DNA of 64,000 nt from a virus. Lineage: Duplodnaviria; Heunggongvirae; Uroviricota; Caudoviricetes. The notes beneath the pieces are model-generated. The model was given only the letters and a program-made list of their open reading frames with translations. It was not told where the DNA came from and searched no databases. Positions 62,855 to 64,000 of this stretch are shown piece by piece. Position 1 is the first letter of the stretch. Every line of letters begins with the position of its first letter. Where the stretch lies: positions 50,702-114,701 of the IMG/VR virus record IMGVR_UViG_3300048813_000140; one strand, 5' to 3'. Position numbers and translations under genes: made by a program.

Positions 62855-64000
62855 ATGAGCACATATGTTGATGGAATAGGCGCAAGCCAAAATATAGATA
62901 GCAGTGGTGAGATAGTCGATATTGCAGGTTTAGATATCAGCAGCCTCGAATATGATGGTTCTTTAAATTGGGAACACAAAAAAGATGTGCCAGATCAACT
63001 AGTTGGAAAGATCTTAAAAGCTAAGAAGATATTCTCCGACAAAGACTGCGAAGATGACAGACAAAAATACTTCTGGGAAAAATGTAAAGTTCCGTATCTC
63101 TATATATTAGGTGAATTATTTGATGACTATACTGATTCGGCCAGAACTGTGGCTGGATTGTTCAGATATGATTCAGATCGTCGTGGTAAAAACGAAAGAG
63201 ATGTAATAGGATTCAGCGTTGAGGGTGCCCAGTTACCTGGAGCCAAAAGCGGTATGACTATTACGAGGTCCATAGCTCGTAAGATCACTATCACAAATTT
63301 TCCTTGCAACAAACAGGCCTTTGCAGAGATGGTCCCATCTACAGCTAAGAAACCAAAAGACAGTCTTGATAATATTTTCAAAACCGAGAGCATGGTAGAG
63401 ATTGAAATTGTCAAAGTAGAAAACAATCCTAACATATTAGATTTGTTGAAAAAAGAAGATATCAAAAAACGCGTCAATAATTTGACTCTCAAAAAAGACA
63501 GCATGACTGCAAATCCAGGTCTTTCCTATGGTGCATCAAATGCTTTAGGTGGTGGCGCTCCTAGCTCTCCCTCCTTGGCGTGTTCGGAATCCAAACCGAT
63601 TAAAAAGGCTTTAGAAGCAGGTAGTTACAATGTTGCACCCAATATGTTGTCTGGTGGAGCTGCACTGGGAAAAGAAAATTTAGTAGGCACTAAAAAAGCG
63701 GAAAACGGTGGCGTAAAACCTCCGAAACCTAGCAAAAATTACCAACCAGGACCTGCACCGTCTACCAATCCAGGAACAGTAAGAGTTCAAGACACTACCC
63801 CTAAACCCTGGTTCCCTAAAACTGGAATCAAAACCACAAAAAGTGAAGTAGATATAAGAGGAAGAGACGAAGCTTCTACTGGTCCTCAACAAGTTCTTGG
63901 TCAAGGTAAGCTTGGAGCTGCGGTAAAGCAAAACGGAACATCTTTATCTGGAAATCAGAATAACACAAAGTTGACCAATCCCACCACCATTAAGCCTCCA
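62855..64000 (+). CDS. hypothetical protein, 5' partial view (at least 382 aa, open to the window end): a globular N-domain plus a Pro/Gly/Lys-rich low-complexity region
   Basis: Hand-verified open reading frame from the ATG at 62855 to position 64000 with no stop. It is missing from the ORF track because it has no stop in the window. An extended -10 (TGTGATATAAT) lies upstream. Confidence 0.55.
   Translation, partial: MSTYVDGIGASQNIDSSGEIVDIAGLDISSLEYDGSLNWEHKKDVPDQLVGKILKAKKIFSDKDCEDDRQKYFWEKCKVPYLYILGELFDDYTDSARTVAGLFRYDSDRRGKNERDVIGFSVEGAQLPGAKSGMTITRSIARKITITNFPCNKQAFAEMVPSTAKKPKDSLDNIFKTESMVEIEIVKVENNPNILDLLKKEDIKKRVNNLTLKKDSMTANPGLSYGASNALGGGAPSSPSLACSESKPIKKALEAGSYNVAPNMLSGGAALGKENLVGTKKAENGGVKPPKPSKNYQPGPAPSTNPGTVRVQDTTPKPWFPKTGIKTTKSEVDIRGRDEASTGPQQVLGQGKLGAAVKQNGTSLSGNQNNTKLTNPTTIKPP

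Noticed and set aside
62638-62979. 113-aa minus-strand ORF spanning the divergent promoter region and the start of the plus-strand gene at 62855
   Set aside because: It runs through an obviously intergenic AT-rich promoter region and is antisense to a long open plus-strand frame.
1-64000. tRNA genes
   Set aside because: I looked for GTTCGAATC / GTTCRANYC T-loop signatures and cloverleaf-sized intergenic gaps. The only matches are inside ORFs. Nothing tRNA-like is in the long non-coding regions 8791-9433 or 28122-28392.

Overview
This window looks like a fragment of a large tailed (contractile-tail, myovirus-like) bacteriophage genome with GC around 42%. The phage identification is an inference from gene content and organisation. 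I could not run any database search, and all function calls below come from sequence motifs I read directly.

Layout. Positions 1-35950 are a densely packed plus-strand block of mostly small genes that use strong Shine-Dalgarno sites (AAGGAG or AAGGGGA). Two short minus-strand inserts interrupt it, at 27163-28121 and 33055-34098; the second carries an HNH homing endonuclease. Positions 35944-62680 are a minus-strand late or structural module. A two-gene plus-strand insert sits at 56003-57063 (nucleotide pyrophosphohydrolase-like plus metallophosphoesterase). A divergent plus-strand gene at the right edge is open to the end of the window.

Recognisable structural genes, read in the direction of transcription on the minus strand:
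- a capsid-candidate protein preceded by an acidic scaffold-like protein;
- a DUF3494 (ice-binding-like) protein;
- a tail sheath candidate followed by a tail tube candidate;
- two repeat-rich tail fibres;
- a second HNH homing endonuclease.

Recognisable genes in the plus-strand block:
- a GHKL (Hsp90- or MORC-like) ATPase;
- a PhaR-type DNA-binding protein;
- an ArdC-like zincin peptidase;
- a LemA-like protein;
- a 28-repeat pentapeptide-repeat protein;
- an SPFH (band-7) lipoprotein;
- a collagen-like lipoprotein;
- a cluster of membrane proteins that looks like a lysis cassette.

Most unusual non-coding signals:
1. Seven, possibly eight, copies of a roughly 200-bp upstream cassette. Each ends in a sigma-54 type -24/-12 element (TGGCAY-N5-YTGCW) with exact GG-N10-GC spacing, plus conserved upstream and leader blocks.
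2. A pervasive 15-nt hairpin word, GTCYC-(A/T)4-U-GGGAC, in the first 8.5 kb. It often contains the start codon and also occurs in-frame inside genes, where it produces recurring SQNG and FET peptides.
3. A duplicated AT-rich element of about 100 bp, plus iteron-like arrays.

I found no tRNA and no CRISPR array. The one tandem DNA repeat array is coding: it is the pentapeptide-repeat gene.
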